Shown here: positions 13,500 to 26,000 of the stretch, in pieces
How positions within the stretch are numbered: position 1 is the stretch's first letter
Layout: each line of letters opens with the position of its first letter
NCBI GenBank assembly: GCA_010909165.1
Contig: VJWM01000179.1
Location: forward strand, 404,311-468,310
DNA: 64,000 nucleotides
DNA from: Anthoceros angustus
Taxonomy: Eukaryota; Plantae; Anthocerotophyta
Reading direction: 5' to 3'
Position numbers and translations under genes: made by a program
The notes under the pieces: model-generated
What the model saw: the letters and a program-made list of their open reading frames with translations, nothing else
What the model was told of the DNA's origin: nothing
Database searches by the model: none

Positions 13500-15660
13500 C
13501 AGCGGCAGTGTATTTCCTTCCTTCAGTGTAGTTTTGTCAGCGAGTCGGCCAGCTAGCGACCTCGTACCCCGAGGTCGCGGGTCGATGACGAAATCTAATG
13601 TATAGGGGCTCCGCTATGGTGGCTTGGACTCGGGACAACTCCCTGTGGCGCATGTCGCCATCACGAGGGTTTTGGTGGATGGCTCGAAGGTGAACCCGGC
13701 CGTCTTGCGGTGGCCTCGGTGATGAGGTTCACTCGACCCGTGTCGAGCACGTTTTAATACACACCCGCAATTTCACGAACCACTGGCGCCCGAGTCGTGA
13801 GATACTACCCTTACCTCCACGTTCTTGCCCTTAGGGCCAAGGGTTTATTGGTGTCTCCAATGGCCTCGGACTTCTGCCGATGCCGGGTTGTCTTTCGCCT
13901 AAGGGACACCAAGTGTTGTTGGTCCATCATCAAGTCGGCCACCTTGAAAGGCGTGGTGGCTCCTTTGCGTCAGCGTCGCCTTGACCTTCGGTGCTCGCCA
14001 CACTCTGGTGGTCGGACCACTCAGGTCTGTCGGGTTCTTCTTGAAGCATCTCGGTCACTTCTCGGACCACATCCGGTGGGGCGGGTGTTGCCTTGGGTGA
14101 GTCCGCTTCTCGCGGGGTTTTTTCTTCTTGGCGGCTGCCGGTTAACTCGTCCTCTTTGGCGGGGCCTCCTTCAGTGTTCCGTCCTCCGTATCCGTGGGAC
14201 TATCCCATTTTCTTCCTCTTAAATGTCTCCTTCCTTCGCTCCTTTCGGCGACTCGGGTTGACACTTCTTCCGGTCTTCTCCTCCTTGTCTTGCCCGTACC
14301 CTCGTTCCAAGCTCCTCGGTGCCTCCTCCCACTCCATTGTGCGTCTTCAATTGTGGCGCCTTAGGGAGGGCGTGGTGTCGCGGCTCCCGGGGTGGCGCGT
14401 CCTCGGCGAGATTCGGACACAAGCTGCCATGTGCCCGCCTTACAATCTCCACAGGCGTTCAAAGTCCCGTTACCTTGCGGTGGGGTATGGGCAGCGTTGG
14501 AGTAGTGCGGGGTTCCCACAGTTCCAGACCACCGCCACGAGAATTCTGGAGGGGCTCCCATGCGTCTTGCGCCAGTCGATGCAGCGGATGGACCAGCCGT
14601 GGGGTACGTCAGGATCTGGTCCGGTGGTGCTTCTTGCACTTGGTATGCATCCTCCTTTGTTCCTCGGACTCTTCCCGTAGTCATACTCCACGGTTCCGCA
14701 GTGCGGAGGCGTTGGCCTTGAATGCCCATGTTGGTGACACACGCACACCACAGATGAGTCCGGACCGTGGTGGCGCCTTCGCCGTTCTTTATCCTTCACG
14801 GTTGATCGTCAACTCCTCCACCCTCTTCATTACCGTTCTAGATCTTCCCTCGGCCCGCTACTTCCTTCAAAGGAGGTGGGTCGAGGACCTCTTGCGGGCA
14901 TCATGACCTCCTTCTTTTCCACCCTCACGACTCGGGCTTCTTCTTATTCTTGAGGTTCTTCTTCTTCCATGACATCCTCAGTTCTTCTTGAGTCCTCTTC
15001 CTCCTCCTCCGTGCTACCTCGGTCTCATCATCCTCCTCTTGGGGTTCTTCATCTTGATCCGACCCCGTTTCTTCTTCTTCTTCTTTCCTCCTGGAGGCGT
15101 CCTCGGCCGTCGTTGGTGCATCGATTCTTCATAGTTCTCCGCCGGACCGCCTTGCTCACATCCTTCTCTGCCAACAGCAGCACGTGCTTAGCCATTGGCT
15201 TGGATAAGCCAGCTGCGAACCAACGTCACTTTGCATGGTGTGTGTGGGTGTCGGTCCGGCGTAGAACCGTTCGATGTACGATCCCAACTTCTCCGTCTTG
15301 CCTCGCTTCAGGTTCTCGAGTTTGGACAAGACGTAGCCTTCTTGATCGATTCACGGAATCTTTCTAGAAGGCATCCTTCAATCTTGAAGGTTGCGGGGGC
15401 GTTACGGTGGCGGTACCCTCCCAGGTACCGTTGTCCCCGGGACCCCTTGGAGCAATTTGGATGGTGCGCATCGAACCTTCTCCGTTGAAGTTGCGCGACA
15501 CGAAATCCTCCACGAAGGTTTGGCGTCTCTCTCCTTCTTACCTCCAAAGAGAATCGCTTGGTCGGCGTTGTTGCCATCTCGCGATCGGCAAGGGGTTGAG
15601 GAACCGCTCCCCGCGACTTGGTCTTCCTCCTCACGATCGACAACTCCACCACTTACCCGT
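13500..15660 (-). pseudogene. Gag and aspartic protease region (frameshifted)
   Basis: Gag-like LKxxFLERF pattern near 15360. A protease-like VLDTGSSVNLIT..PSTKTLVMAD..LDFV pattern is recoverable across frameshifts at ~13560-13760. The position between PBS and RT fits. Confidence 0.65.
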
Positions 15661-15794
15661 TGGTGGTGTCCTCGCCTCGAGCTCGTCGTCTCTCACGTTA
15701 CTGCGCTCGGGCGCTCGGCGATCTGGCGTCCGACTCTCTAATTCTCCTTAACTACCTCCGTCCTCACGCATCCACGCTTTTACGGGCGATTTCA

Positions 15795-15808
15795 TTCCCG
15801 CAGCGCCA
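15795..15808 (-). other. Second (duplicated) primer binding site, degenerate tRNA-Asp type
   Basis: Plus ttcccgcagcgcca is followed by aaatgt and a partial LTR copy (15812-16284). Confidence 0.65.
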
Positions 15809-16701
15809 AAATGTGCGCGACTTTCGTGAGCGGTAGCGCACAATCCGTGTCGTTGTAGGAAGAGTCCGTTCCCAAAGGAATGATAGGCTCCGTTTGCGTT
15901 TGATTCTTCTCACTTGCTCGTTCGGTCACGCACACATTCATATTCGCTAACTACTAGCGTTCGCACGGGCCGGTATGGCCAAGCGTTTGAGACCCGTTCG
16001 CGTCCGTTCGTTCGTTCGTCCTCGCACCTCGTCATCCTCTCTCCACTCCCCACACTCTCTCGGAAAAGCTACCGCGGTCCGGACCTCCTCGTCGTTCGGG
16101 CCTCTCCGTCCGGGCTCTACGCCCTCCGAGTCCTCCGGCTCACCGCGTTCCGGTCCGTTCGGCCCGGCTGACTCGGGCGACCAGTCCCGATCACCCTTCA
16201 CCGCACACCACAACACGTTAGGTCGTCACGGGACCTGATCTCTCCGGGTCGTGCACCTTGACTCGGGACTCACGTTAGCAAGAAGGCATCCTTCAATCTT
16301 GAAGGTTGCGGCGTGCAGGGTGGTATTTCCTCCGATACCAGCAGGCAGCGTCCCGGGACCCCTTGGAGCAATTTGGATGAGCTGCGCATCCGAACCTTCT
16401 CCGTTGAAGTTTGCGCGACAAAATCCTCCACGAAGGTTTGATCTCTCTCCTTCTTACCTCCAAAGAGAATCGCTTGTCGGCGTTGTTGCCATCGCGATCG
16501 GCAAGGGTGAGGAACCGCCCTTACCACCGCGACTTGGTGCTTCCTCCTCACGATCCAACTCCACCACGCTTACATTGGTGGTGTGTCGCCTCGAGCTCGT
16601 CGTCTCTCACGTGCTGCGCGGGCGCTCGGCGCCAACGTCCGACTCTCTCGATTCGTAACTACCTCCGTCCTCACGCATCCACGCTTTTACGGGCGATTTC
16701 A

Positions 16702-16719
16702 TTCCCGGCAGCGGCGCCA
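16702..16719 (-). other. Primer binding site complementary to the tRNA-Asp 3' end
   Basis: Minus TGGCGCCGCTGCCGGGAA lies 3 nt from the LTR end and resembles the Athila-type PBS TGGCGCCGTTGCCGGGGA. Confidence 0.8.
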
Positions 16720-16722
16720 AAA

Positions 16723-19700
16723 TGTGGCGCGACTTTCGAGCCGGTAGGTAGCGCACAATCCGTGTCGTTGTAGGAAGAGTCCGTTCCCAAAGGAATGATA
16801 GGCTCCGTTTGCGGCGTTTGATTCTTACCTCACTTGCGTCGTTCGGTCTCACGCACACATTCTCGCTAACTACTACAACGTTCACGGGCCGGTATGGCCA
16901 AGCGTTTAAGGACCCGTTCGTCCGTTCGTTCACGTTCGTCACTCGCACCTCTTCGTTCCTCTCTCCACTCACACACTATCGGTCTTAGAAGCAGCGGGTT
17001 ACGATCGGACCTCCTCGTCGTTCGGGCCTCTCCGTCCGGGCTCTGCGCCCTCCGAGTCCCTCGGCTCACCTGCGTTCCGGTCCGTTCGGCGGCGCGGCTC
17101 AGGCGAGCACGGGTCCCGATCACCCTTCCTGCACACACACACCACGTTAGGTCGTCACGGGACCAGTCAATCTCCGGGTCGTGCGCTTTCGGTGACTCGG
17201 GACTCACGTTAGCAAGAAGACACACAGTGCAGAGCGGCATCAACACCAAGAAGATGATTTATTGCGACCTCGGCCCTCTTATACTCGCCCAGTCGGCGTC
17301 TTTATTACACCCTATTACGGGCGGTGGCCATTTCGGTCCTAATCGGCCGCCTACCATCCTATTCCTCCTCCTATCTCCTTCGTCGGCGGTGGGTGGGAAG
17401 GTCCGGGTTCCGCCTCGGGATTGGTGGTCAATCTCCGGCATTGCGGCGCGCAATCGGATGATCGCGGGACCCCTTCCTCTTCCGGAATCACAGCCGGGTT
17501 GGGCTCTGGCGGCGTCGGCGACCGCCGTTACCACGTCATCCTCCCTGGCCCCGTGGGTCCCCTCCGGTGGGGCCCATTGTCTGCTCCCCAGCGTAAGTCG
17601 AGGGGCTCCTCCTTCTGAGTCCGGACCTCGGGGTCGGTCTCGACTCGGTCGGAACCGAGTCTGCCTCTTGAGTCAGGTCTGCTGGGTCGGTCTCATCTCT
17701 GGGGTTCGGACCTCGGGGTCGAACTTATTCAGTCGGTCTCCCAACTCCGGACCCCTTACTGCGGACCTCTTCGCTGGGTCCTCATCCCTTCCCAGACCCT
17801 TGTCTTGGGTCGGTTGGTTCCTTCCCCCCAGGCCCCCTCTATCTTCCGGCGGTTCTGCGGACTTACAGGATTCGTTGTATGGCGCGTCTGCTCCTCTTGA
17901 TGCTCTCTCCCCCTCGTCTCTAAGCAGGGCCACTAGGGTCCCGTCTTGTCCCCGTGCCCTTCATCCCCCGGGCCTTCCAGGGGTCGTGCAGTGGCGGGGG
18001 CTTGAGGAGCTCGGTGTGGTAATAGGCAAAGTCCAGATCAACTTGGTGCCTCTTCCATGTGCGGGCACCGATACTCCCCGCCATTGGTGCTCGGTGGGCG
18101 TCTTTGCCCGGCTTGTTGGACCACCTCCCCTGAGTTTTGGTGGGCCGGGCTCTCACGCGAGGCTCGTGCCTCGGTCACCTCCTGCGGCCTTGTTGCTCCA
18201 CTCGCTGCTCCTCCGTCGTTTCGCTCGCGCTTACCGCCATAGCGCGGCGTTCCCCGCCTTCTCAAGCGGACCAGCGGCTTCTTTTCCGTCCGGTGCTCTC
18301 GCTCCTCCGTTCATTACGGCGTTAACTCCGCCATCTCCCTCTCCCGGTGAACGCTCTGCCCGTGCGGGCTCGCCAGTCCTTCTCCATTTGGCGTCTGCTC
18401 CTGTTCCGCCCGTCTCCTCCGTCCAGCAGTGGGCCGCTCTATTTCTGTTCGTGATCGCGATCACGCCCTGACTACCATTCCTCTCGGTGGTAGTTTGGGT
18501 TGACTCAAGGTCTCCTTGCGGTCTTCCATCTCACTGGCTCCACCTCCGCGGTGAGGCGGAGATCCTCCATCTCCTTGCGCGCCCTCCTCGGCATGGGCGC
18601 CCTTTTGCTCCGCCTCCATCTTGAGTTAGTGGCTATCCTGTCTCCCTCCACGGTTCCGATCACGATAGTGATCCCGGTCGATCTTAGCCTCCCTCTTCCT
18701 GCTTCGCCCATTTGGCGGCTGGTCGGTCAGGCGCCTCCGGGATCCGAGCCTTCTGCTTGGGCCTCCTCGCCTCCTGCGCTCCCTCACTGCGGAGGTCTTG
18801 CCGTGCTTGGGCCTCCAGCTGCTTGTTGCTCACCCGGTGAAGGAATTTGTCGATCTGTCGGATGGACGGACTTCCCTCTCGGCCTCCTGCGTTTCCCTTC
18901 CTCGATCGGCGAGGCTTGGCCTTCCTCCTTGCCTCCTGGGCCCCCTCAGCTGCTCACGGAGGTACCATCGCCTCGGGTGGCTTCTACCTCAGGTCTTCTC
19001 GGCCATCCGAGACCCCAAAGCATCGTCCATGGCGGTAGCGGACCCAGTGTTTCTTCCACGGCCGCCAGTGAGGCTCCCACAAAGTCCGTAGTGGGAGGCG
19101 GGCATTTCTGATCCGCAAGGACCTCCATACCATGATCCGGAGTAAGTCGGTGGGTTCTCGGACCTAATCGGGACCCTTAGGTCACGAGTCTTTGGTCAGC
19201 TTCACCCTCCTTGGCCCTCTTGGCATGAGTTCTTTGCCCTCTTTCACAGGGCTCGGAGGAGGTGAGAGTCAGGAGCAAGCCCTTTTGCCCCTTCACAGGG
19301 GCAGGCTCCGGTGCAGTGCTGCCCGGTGACCTCCCACTCCTTGCGTCCTTCGCCCTCCTTCGCCTCTTGACTTCTTGCCACTCAGGTGGCGGGGGTAGAA
19401 TCTTGCACCGTCGAGTCTTTGCGTTGGTGGCATCTTGCGCCTCTTGGTTCCCTGAGTCGGGGCTCTGGTGTTCTGGTGGGCCGGGCTGTGGGGCCGCTCC
19501 TGTTCTCCTCTGCTTGGTGCTCGGAGGCACCGAGGAAGGCGATTTCCTTCCCATACTTCCACAGGTGGTGAGGGGTCCGTTCACGTATGGAGTCGGAATC
19601 CTCGATCGTCCTCCTCCGGGTCAGTTTGGCCTTGAGGTGGCCTCCCCCTCGGCGCCCTTGCGCTCCACTTGGCGGGGCCTCGGCCCCGGGCGCCGCTCAC

Positions 19701-20907
19701 TCTCCCTCCTTGAGGCTCATGTCCCCATACATGGATCGGTATGGGGCGGCCAGTGGCGAGGCTTCGCTCCTGAGCTTGCGCCTCCCAGGCGCCGGGCGAA
19801 GATAATCCTTCCCGATCCGCCCTCTTCCCCTTGGCGCATGCGGGGAATACCAACAGTTATCACCAAGGTGATCCACCTTGGTGGCGAGTTCAATGGACAA
19901 TGATCGGGCTACGCCCCCTTACGGTATCCGGCGGTCGGATATCAACCACCGTTGGTGGTCGCTGCGTTCGAGCCTCGCATCGCGGTGCGGCCCTATCTTC
20001 CCCCGCCTTGAGGGGCTCGGCACCACGCCCCTTCTTCCTCCTTTGGGCGGTTGTAGGCCTCGGACCTCAAGGTCCATCGCCTCGGGTCCTCCGGAGGTTC
20101 TTGGACCGAACCTCCTTGTTGGCCGCCACATCTTTGGGCGAACTCCGGACGGTGTGTTGTCAGCGTCGACGACAGGAACACATCCGGTGCCACTCCTCGA
20201 CTAATTCCCGCTTCCTCCGGCCGGGCCCAAAGTCCGGATAGCGCGGGTCACAATGTTGCGCTCTAGGTTCCATGGCTCCCAAACCTTCGCGAGCTTTTGG
20301 GTGCCATCGTCTCCCTTGTAGGCTGGCAGCCGGGAGGCACGTCGCCCTCCTCGCGTTGTTTGCTCCAACCCCAGCGGTGAGCCACGCTCGAAGGTGCTTG
20401 GCGCTCAAAGAGATAGCGCCCGAGCGGGTTGCGGGCGCAAGGTGTGGTGTCTCGGTGCTGAAGCCTTCCCTTGACGCGCCTTTGAAATGCGGGAAGGCGC
20501 CTCTTCCACATTAGCGAGTGCATGGCTTTTACGACCGCGCTCGCTTACTGCGGCCTTGCGCCTACGCCCGCCGATCGCGGGCGTGAATACACCTGCTGCG
20601 GCCCTGGCAGGTACGGTCTGGCTGCATGCCGACCTCCACTCGGGGCCGTCCACGTGGCGCCGCCTGTCATCCTCACGACTCAACTTCTAAGTTACTTTCC
20701 TGGCGTACTTATCTGTTTGACCGGGTGGGGTCGGACTTATCCGTTAGCGTAGTCGGTGCACCGCCATAGTGGGTCGAGTCGTTGCCCTCAGTCCGGGGTA
20801 TACTCCGGTCGGTCAGTGCTATCCGCTTATTCCTCCTTTTTCATTGATCCTCCGATCCTCTGAAAAAACAAAACCCTACTTATTCCAAAGGGAAGTCAAG
20901 TAGCCCA
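16723..20907 (-). repeat. 5' LTR (~4.2 kb) of the Athila-type element
   Basis: Colinear with 6439-10528 through ...aaaacaaaaccctac at ~20880. The last ~30 bp are diverged. Confidence 0.85.
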
Positions 20908-21345
20908 GCGTGAATTTGTATGTTCGGGTTGGAAGATGCATATCTACGGTCTTGTTGAGCGCAATCTATCAAGATCCATAGGCGAAAATGTCTTACAAGA
21001 ACACTACTTGGGCTTGAAGCTTTTGCACAAGGAGAGGTGGCATTTGTGGAGGATGAAGATGATAATGCGTTTGGGCCATCAGATGAAGAAGATGGGCCGG
21101 TCCCAGATATTTTGAGCCATTCAGATGATGGGGCATCTGAGCAGGAAGATGGTGAAGGCATGGTGTGGAATGGGGTTTTTGCATCCAAAGACGCAAAGAG
21201 GCCACATTACCCTCTATGTCGTTATAGTCCTAGGATTCGATCCCAAGGGAATGGTTTTGTGTCAAGATGTTCTAAAACTATGGATTCTAGTCCTCCTACA
21301 ATGGTTCCTACCCTACAAATCAACTACCATCAACCCGTGGTAAGG

Positions 21346-21583
21346 CCACCACCGTGGTGGCTCCACCACCGTGGTGGCTCCACCACCGTGGTGGCTCCAC
21401 CACCGTGGTGGCTGCTTCCATGACGGTGGCGGCTCCACCACCGTGGTGGCTCCACCACCGTGGTGGCTCCACCACCGTGGTGGCTCCACCACCGTGGTGG
21501 CTCCACCACCGTGGTGGCTCCACCACCATGGTGGCTGCTTCCATGACGGTGGCGGCTCCACCACCGTGGTGGCTCCACCACCA
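21346..21583. repeat. 17-bp palindromic minisatellite (CCACCACCGTGGTGGCT)n with a higher-order variant unit
   Basis: Period 17 (GTGGTGGCT at 21354, 21371, 21388, 21405). The variant GCTGCTTCCATGACGGTGGCGG recurs at ~21411 and ~21531. Confidence 0.95.
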
Positions 21584-21584
21584 C

Positions 21585-21892
21585 AGACCCTCCTTGGGCC
21601 ACAGACCCCTCCTTGGGCCACAGACCCTCCTTGGGCCACAGACCCTCCTTGGGCCACAGACCCCTCCTTGGGCCACGGACCCCCACAGGCCACAGACCCC
21701 TCCTTGGGCCACAGACCCCTCCTTGGGCCACAGACCTCACACCACCTCACAAGATGTTCCACAGATCCTCCTCTCTCGGGCCACCAGACCTCTCTTGGGC
21801 CACAGACCCTCCTTGGGCCACCAGACCCCTCCTTGGGCCACCAGACCTCCTTGGGCCACACTCCTCCTTGGGCCACACAGACCCTCCTTGGG
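21585..21892. repeat. ~19-20 bp minisatellite (CCCTCCTTGGGCCACAGAC)n
   Basis: More than ten recognisable copies with small indels. Confidence 0.93.
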
Positions 21893-22739
21893 ATTAGACA
21901 CAATCTGGTTAGGCAGTGGGTTGGGAAAGGAAAAAACAGTGAGTCGGCTCACAGGCGATTCGCACCCAGCGATCTCACCCGGTCCCTGAATTTCCCTCTC
22001 CATGCATTGAGCACCCTTCACCACTAGTCACCCCAGACGGAGCTTGGTCACTCGGCTCTCGACCATCCAGGATCTCCCGGCCCTCTTGTGACGAGAAGAC
22101 ACAATCGGCCGTCATCGATCGGATGTCTCCAACCAACCACGCAAATTCGACACACGGAGCTCACACAAATTGTCTAAGAGAGAGGCGAAGGGTCTCTATA
22201 CATCCGTGCCGCGCCATAGCTCACTTTCCCGGTGTCTAAAGATGGCTAACCTACCTCCGGTGTCTAAGATGGCTAACCTACCACGCGCCTACCAATTCGG
22301 GTATCTACATTCACAAGCTTCCTAGCACCTTATCCTCTAATCCAAGTGAAAGCCTCGACCTATGATGCCACTCCCCTCTAAAAATCGGGCCTCCCTGGGC
22401 CGCCTAACCCGCGCCCATGGGTGTTCCCTCGCTCTCCTACCACGCCTCGATCGGAAGATCCTCCCTTAATATCTCCACCTCACTCCCGCTTATCCGAGGT
22501 CCCTTCACTCCTCCTAGGAGGCGCCGTCTGCTCATCGCCTCGCGACGCTTTCGCCTCCTCATCCTGGACAGCCAAGCGTCGTTCCTCCATCCACGCTCTA
22601 GCCTCCGCCTTGCTCATTTCCTCGAGCACAACTGTGAAGGTATGCCCGGCTCCTATGGACAATCCTGGCCGCTCGAACTGAGGGAGTTGCATCCCCTCTC
22701 TGACTCCGGTGGCTTCCCCACCTTGGGTCCTTCTTCCGC

Positions 22740-22832
22740 GACGGTGGCGGCTCCACCACCGTGGTGGCTCCACCACCGTGGTGGCTCCACCACCATGGTG
22801 GCTGCTTCCATGACGGTGGTGGCTCCACCACC
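22740..22832. repeat. Dispersed second copy of the 17-bp palindromic array
   Basis: Same orientation and same variant unit as 21346-21583. Confidence 0.9.
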
Positions 22833-23011
22833 GCAGCCCGCCTTCTTCGCCTCTCTTGACCACAGCCCTAGCCTCATCTCTCCGCTTATACCTCTCCGCT
22901 AGCTTGAACTTCTCCGGAGGTGCAGGCGTCTCCACTTGTTCACAGGCCCCTGTTCTTTGAATGAAGGATCCCCACCTTATATAGACAATTTTATTCCTAA
23001 AAATCCCAAGG

Positions 23012-26000
23012 TCCAAGGACCTTCTAGCCCCGACATTCCTGTGTTCGAGGCCCAAGGACTAATTATTTGTAAAAGTAATATTGCCATGGGCCAAGGACCA
23101 CTTTTAGTATAAAGGCCTTGCCTCGGACATTTCCTAAGCACCCCATCACACAAAACATAAGAAAAACAAAAAAACATTCAAACCAACAGTCGAGGGAGGG
23201 TTAGTGTACATGTGGTCTTCCACATGGCGCGAGTTGCATAGGCCTTATTCTAGGAGGAAATGGAGCGCGGCATCGCGCCCTTCGCCCCATGAAGAAGGTG
23301 AAGAGGTGGGCGCGGCATGCATCCCAAAGCAGCGCCACCTAGCACGATGGTGCTATGCGTGAGTGAGGGGTTGGAATGCAAGAGGGGAAGGGTAGGCAGG
23401 CGGTGGGGCGCGCATCGCCGCCCGCAACAGGCGGCCGGCATGCAGCGCCCCGCCGGACTGGCCGAGGGCAAAGGCGGGCGCCGGCATGCAGTGCCCCGGG
23501 GAGGCGAAGCGGATGGGGCGGCCTGCTGCGCCTATCAAAGGCGAGGGGCGCCCAGCAGTGGCGCCCTCCACGTGATGTCGTTGAATTTGAAGATGATGGG
23601 CGCCATGGCCTAAATCACTCACCCGGACTGGCGAGAATGAATCGCCCAACCCCAAAAACGGAGGGCAACCACAAAGGAAGGCGAAAGGAAGACCAAAGCA
23701 CCAAGGGTGGAAACGGGTGATACACAGTCTCATGAAGGAAGCACGCAATCGGACTTCGGCGACAAAGACATCCAAACTCTTCACGTGGCCACGGATAGCG
23801 GCGGTTGAGGCGTCGCATATGGACGAAGACTACCTCACAAATGTACGATGCCTTACTCGAAAAAAGGTGGTGCCGTGTTGGTGAAACTTGAAAATTTGAG
23901 GCTGCATTATTCTTGACCCCGATGCCCGGATCCGGAAAGTTGATGAGGCTGGGCAAACTATCTTGCGTGTCAAAAGGGAAGGATTGAAGAAGGAGTGCTT
24001 CCCTATTATGATGATTGACCTGCAGTGCACAGATGTTGAACAACTTGATTGAACACGATAATTTTTGAAGGGGTGAATAATCTCGAAGGGGTTTTCATAA
24101 ATAATCTACGAAGGGGTTTTGATGGGCCCTAAAGCAGTTTGAAGGCATTCGGAAAAACACTCGAAAAAAGGTGTCACCGGAAAGTTACTACTTTCCATGC
24201 AATGTTTGTGTCGAATGGTGGTGCATAAACTCGAACCTAGGGAATGATGCAAAGTAGGAGCGGTGAGGAAGGCCGTTCTGCCGGGCGAGACATTGTAAAC
24301 TTCGATTTTGGGATGGAAATGTGGTTTTGTTATGACACCACAAAAGCCACCGAGGTATTTCCTAACACGAAACATCGGCAGGACTTACAACATTAACTGG
24401 GACCCGGGAAAAAGCAGATTTGATTTCACTCATCCCGAGTTCAATCCATCGTCATCACTTGGTCCGACTTCTCCTCCATTGTCATCACTATCTTGATGAC
24501 ACTTTCACTCGCGGGTATGAACCACGCAACTCATGAGCTTATCCCTTATCGCTTTTTGTCCATACGGATGTTTAGTCGTTCAACACAAACCCATGTCTGA
24601 GGATATTGTTTCATTCACAAATACCTCTGTATGTTTTTAGGTAATGGATCTTATTCCCTTTTTCCTCGGCATTGGACGGATGGGTTACCACTCTGGCGGA
24701 CTATGTTCTGCACATATCTCCTTCATACGCATCTATGTGCTCGGTCCGATACTAGTGGATAAGAAAGTGAGGTCGTGGTGCGTTTAGCTTCACGTCAATG
24801 ACCTCCCAATCCGAGAATGGCTTATGCGTGTCCGTATTGCAGCCTTTGCCGAAACATCCCTCTCGGTTCCGTTATGTCCCCATTCATCGTGCCATTTCCA
24901 TGATTGCCTTCCGCATTTTGATATGCCCCAAATACATATCACGCATGGGAGGTCCCTCAATAATGCCTCATCTAGCAAAGCTTCATCCGGCACTTGAAGT
25001 GGTGTGTATGATCCATACGTGAAAACCACTTCCAAGGACCTTCTAGCTGACATTCCAGGTTCGAGGCCCAAGGACTAATTATTTGTAAAAGTAATATTGC
25101 CATGGGCCAAGGACCACTTTTAGTATAAAGGCCTTGCCTCGGACATTTCCTAAGCACTCCATCACACAAAACATAAGAAAAACAAAAAAACATTCAAACC
25201 AACAGTCGAGGGAGGGTTAGTGTACATGTGGTCTTCCACATGGCGCAGTTAGCATAGGCCTTATTCCTAGGAGGAAATGCATCGCCGCCCCGCCCATGAA
25301 GAAGGTGAAGAGGTGGGCGCGGCATGCATCCCAAAGCAGCGCCACCCCTAGCACGATGGTGCTATGCGTGCAGTGAGGGGTTGGAATGCCCAGGGGAAGG
25401 GTAGACGAAGCGGTGGCTGCATCTGCCGGCCCGCGGCGGCGGCGGAGGGCGCCCCGCCTGGCCGAGGGCAAAGGCGGGCGCCGGCATGCAGTGCCCCGAG
25501 GGCGGCGAGATGGGGCGGCCGGCCTGCGCCCCATGTTCCAAAGCGGGCGCCGGCCGGCGCCCTCCACAGCAGACGTTGAAGTCGAAGATGATGGGCGCCC
25601 GGCATGCGCCCTATCACTCGGCTGGCGAGAATGAATCGCCCAACCCCAAAAACGGAGGGCAACCACAAAGGAAGGCGAAAGGAAGACCAAAGCACCAAGG
25701 GTGGAAACGGGTGATACACATGTTGGCTCATGAAGGAAGCACGCAATCGACTTCCGGCAAAGAATGACATCCAAACTCTTCACGTGGCCACAGATAGCGA
25801 GCGGTTGGAGGCGTCGCATATGGACGAAGACTACCTCACAAATGTACGTCAGTCTGCTTACTCGAAAAAGGTGGTGCCCGAAACTGTGTTGGTGAAACTT
25901 GAAAATTTGAGGCCTGCATTATTCTTGACCCCTGATGCCCAGATCCGGAAAGTTGATGAGGCCTGGGCAAACTATCTTGCCCGTGTCATTGCAAAGGGAA

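Larger units (their letters stand above)
15365..17215. repeat. Tandem duplication (~915 bp unit) spanning gag start, PBS and LTR end
   Basis: 15365-16279 is repeated as 16280-~17215; AGAAG microhomology at the junction. Confidence 0.9.
6439..20907 (-). mobile_element. Ty3/Gypsy LTR retrotransposon, Athila-type (non-chromovirus), full structure with very long LTRs
   Basis: Two ~4.1 kb direct repeats, a tRNA-Asp-type PBS and a PPT. Gag-PR-RT-RH-INT fragments lie in Gypsy order on the minus strand. The right boundary is approximate and no TSD was recognised. Confidence 0.88.

Noticed and set aside
16695-16719. tRNA-Asp gene
   Set aside because: Only the 3'-terminal ~18 nt including CCA match, and they abut an LTR, so this is a PBS.
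16894-18471. 525-aa plus-strand ORF in the 5' LTR
   Set aside because: It is low-complexity, antisense to the element and not kept open in the other LTR copy; probably a GC-content artefact.
21313-22027. Long Pro/His/Trp-rich ORFs on both strands
   Set aside because: They arise from stop-free minisatellites with periods that are not multiples of three.
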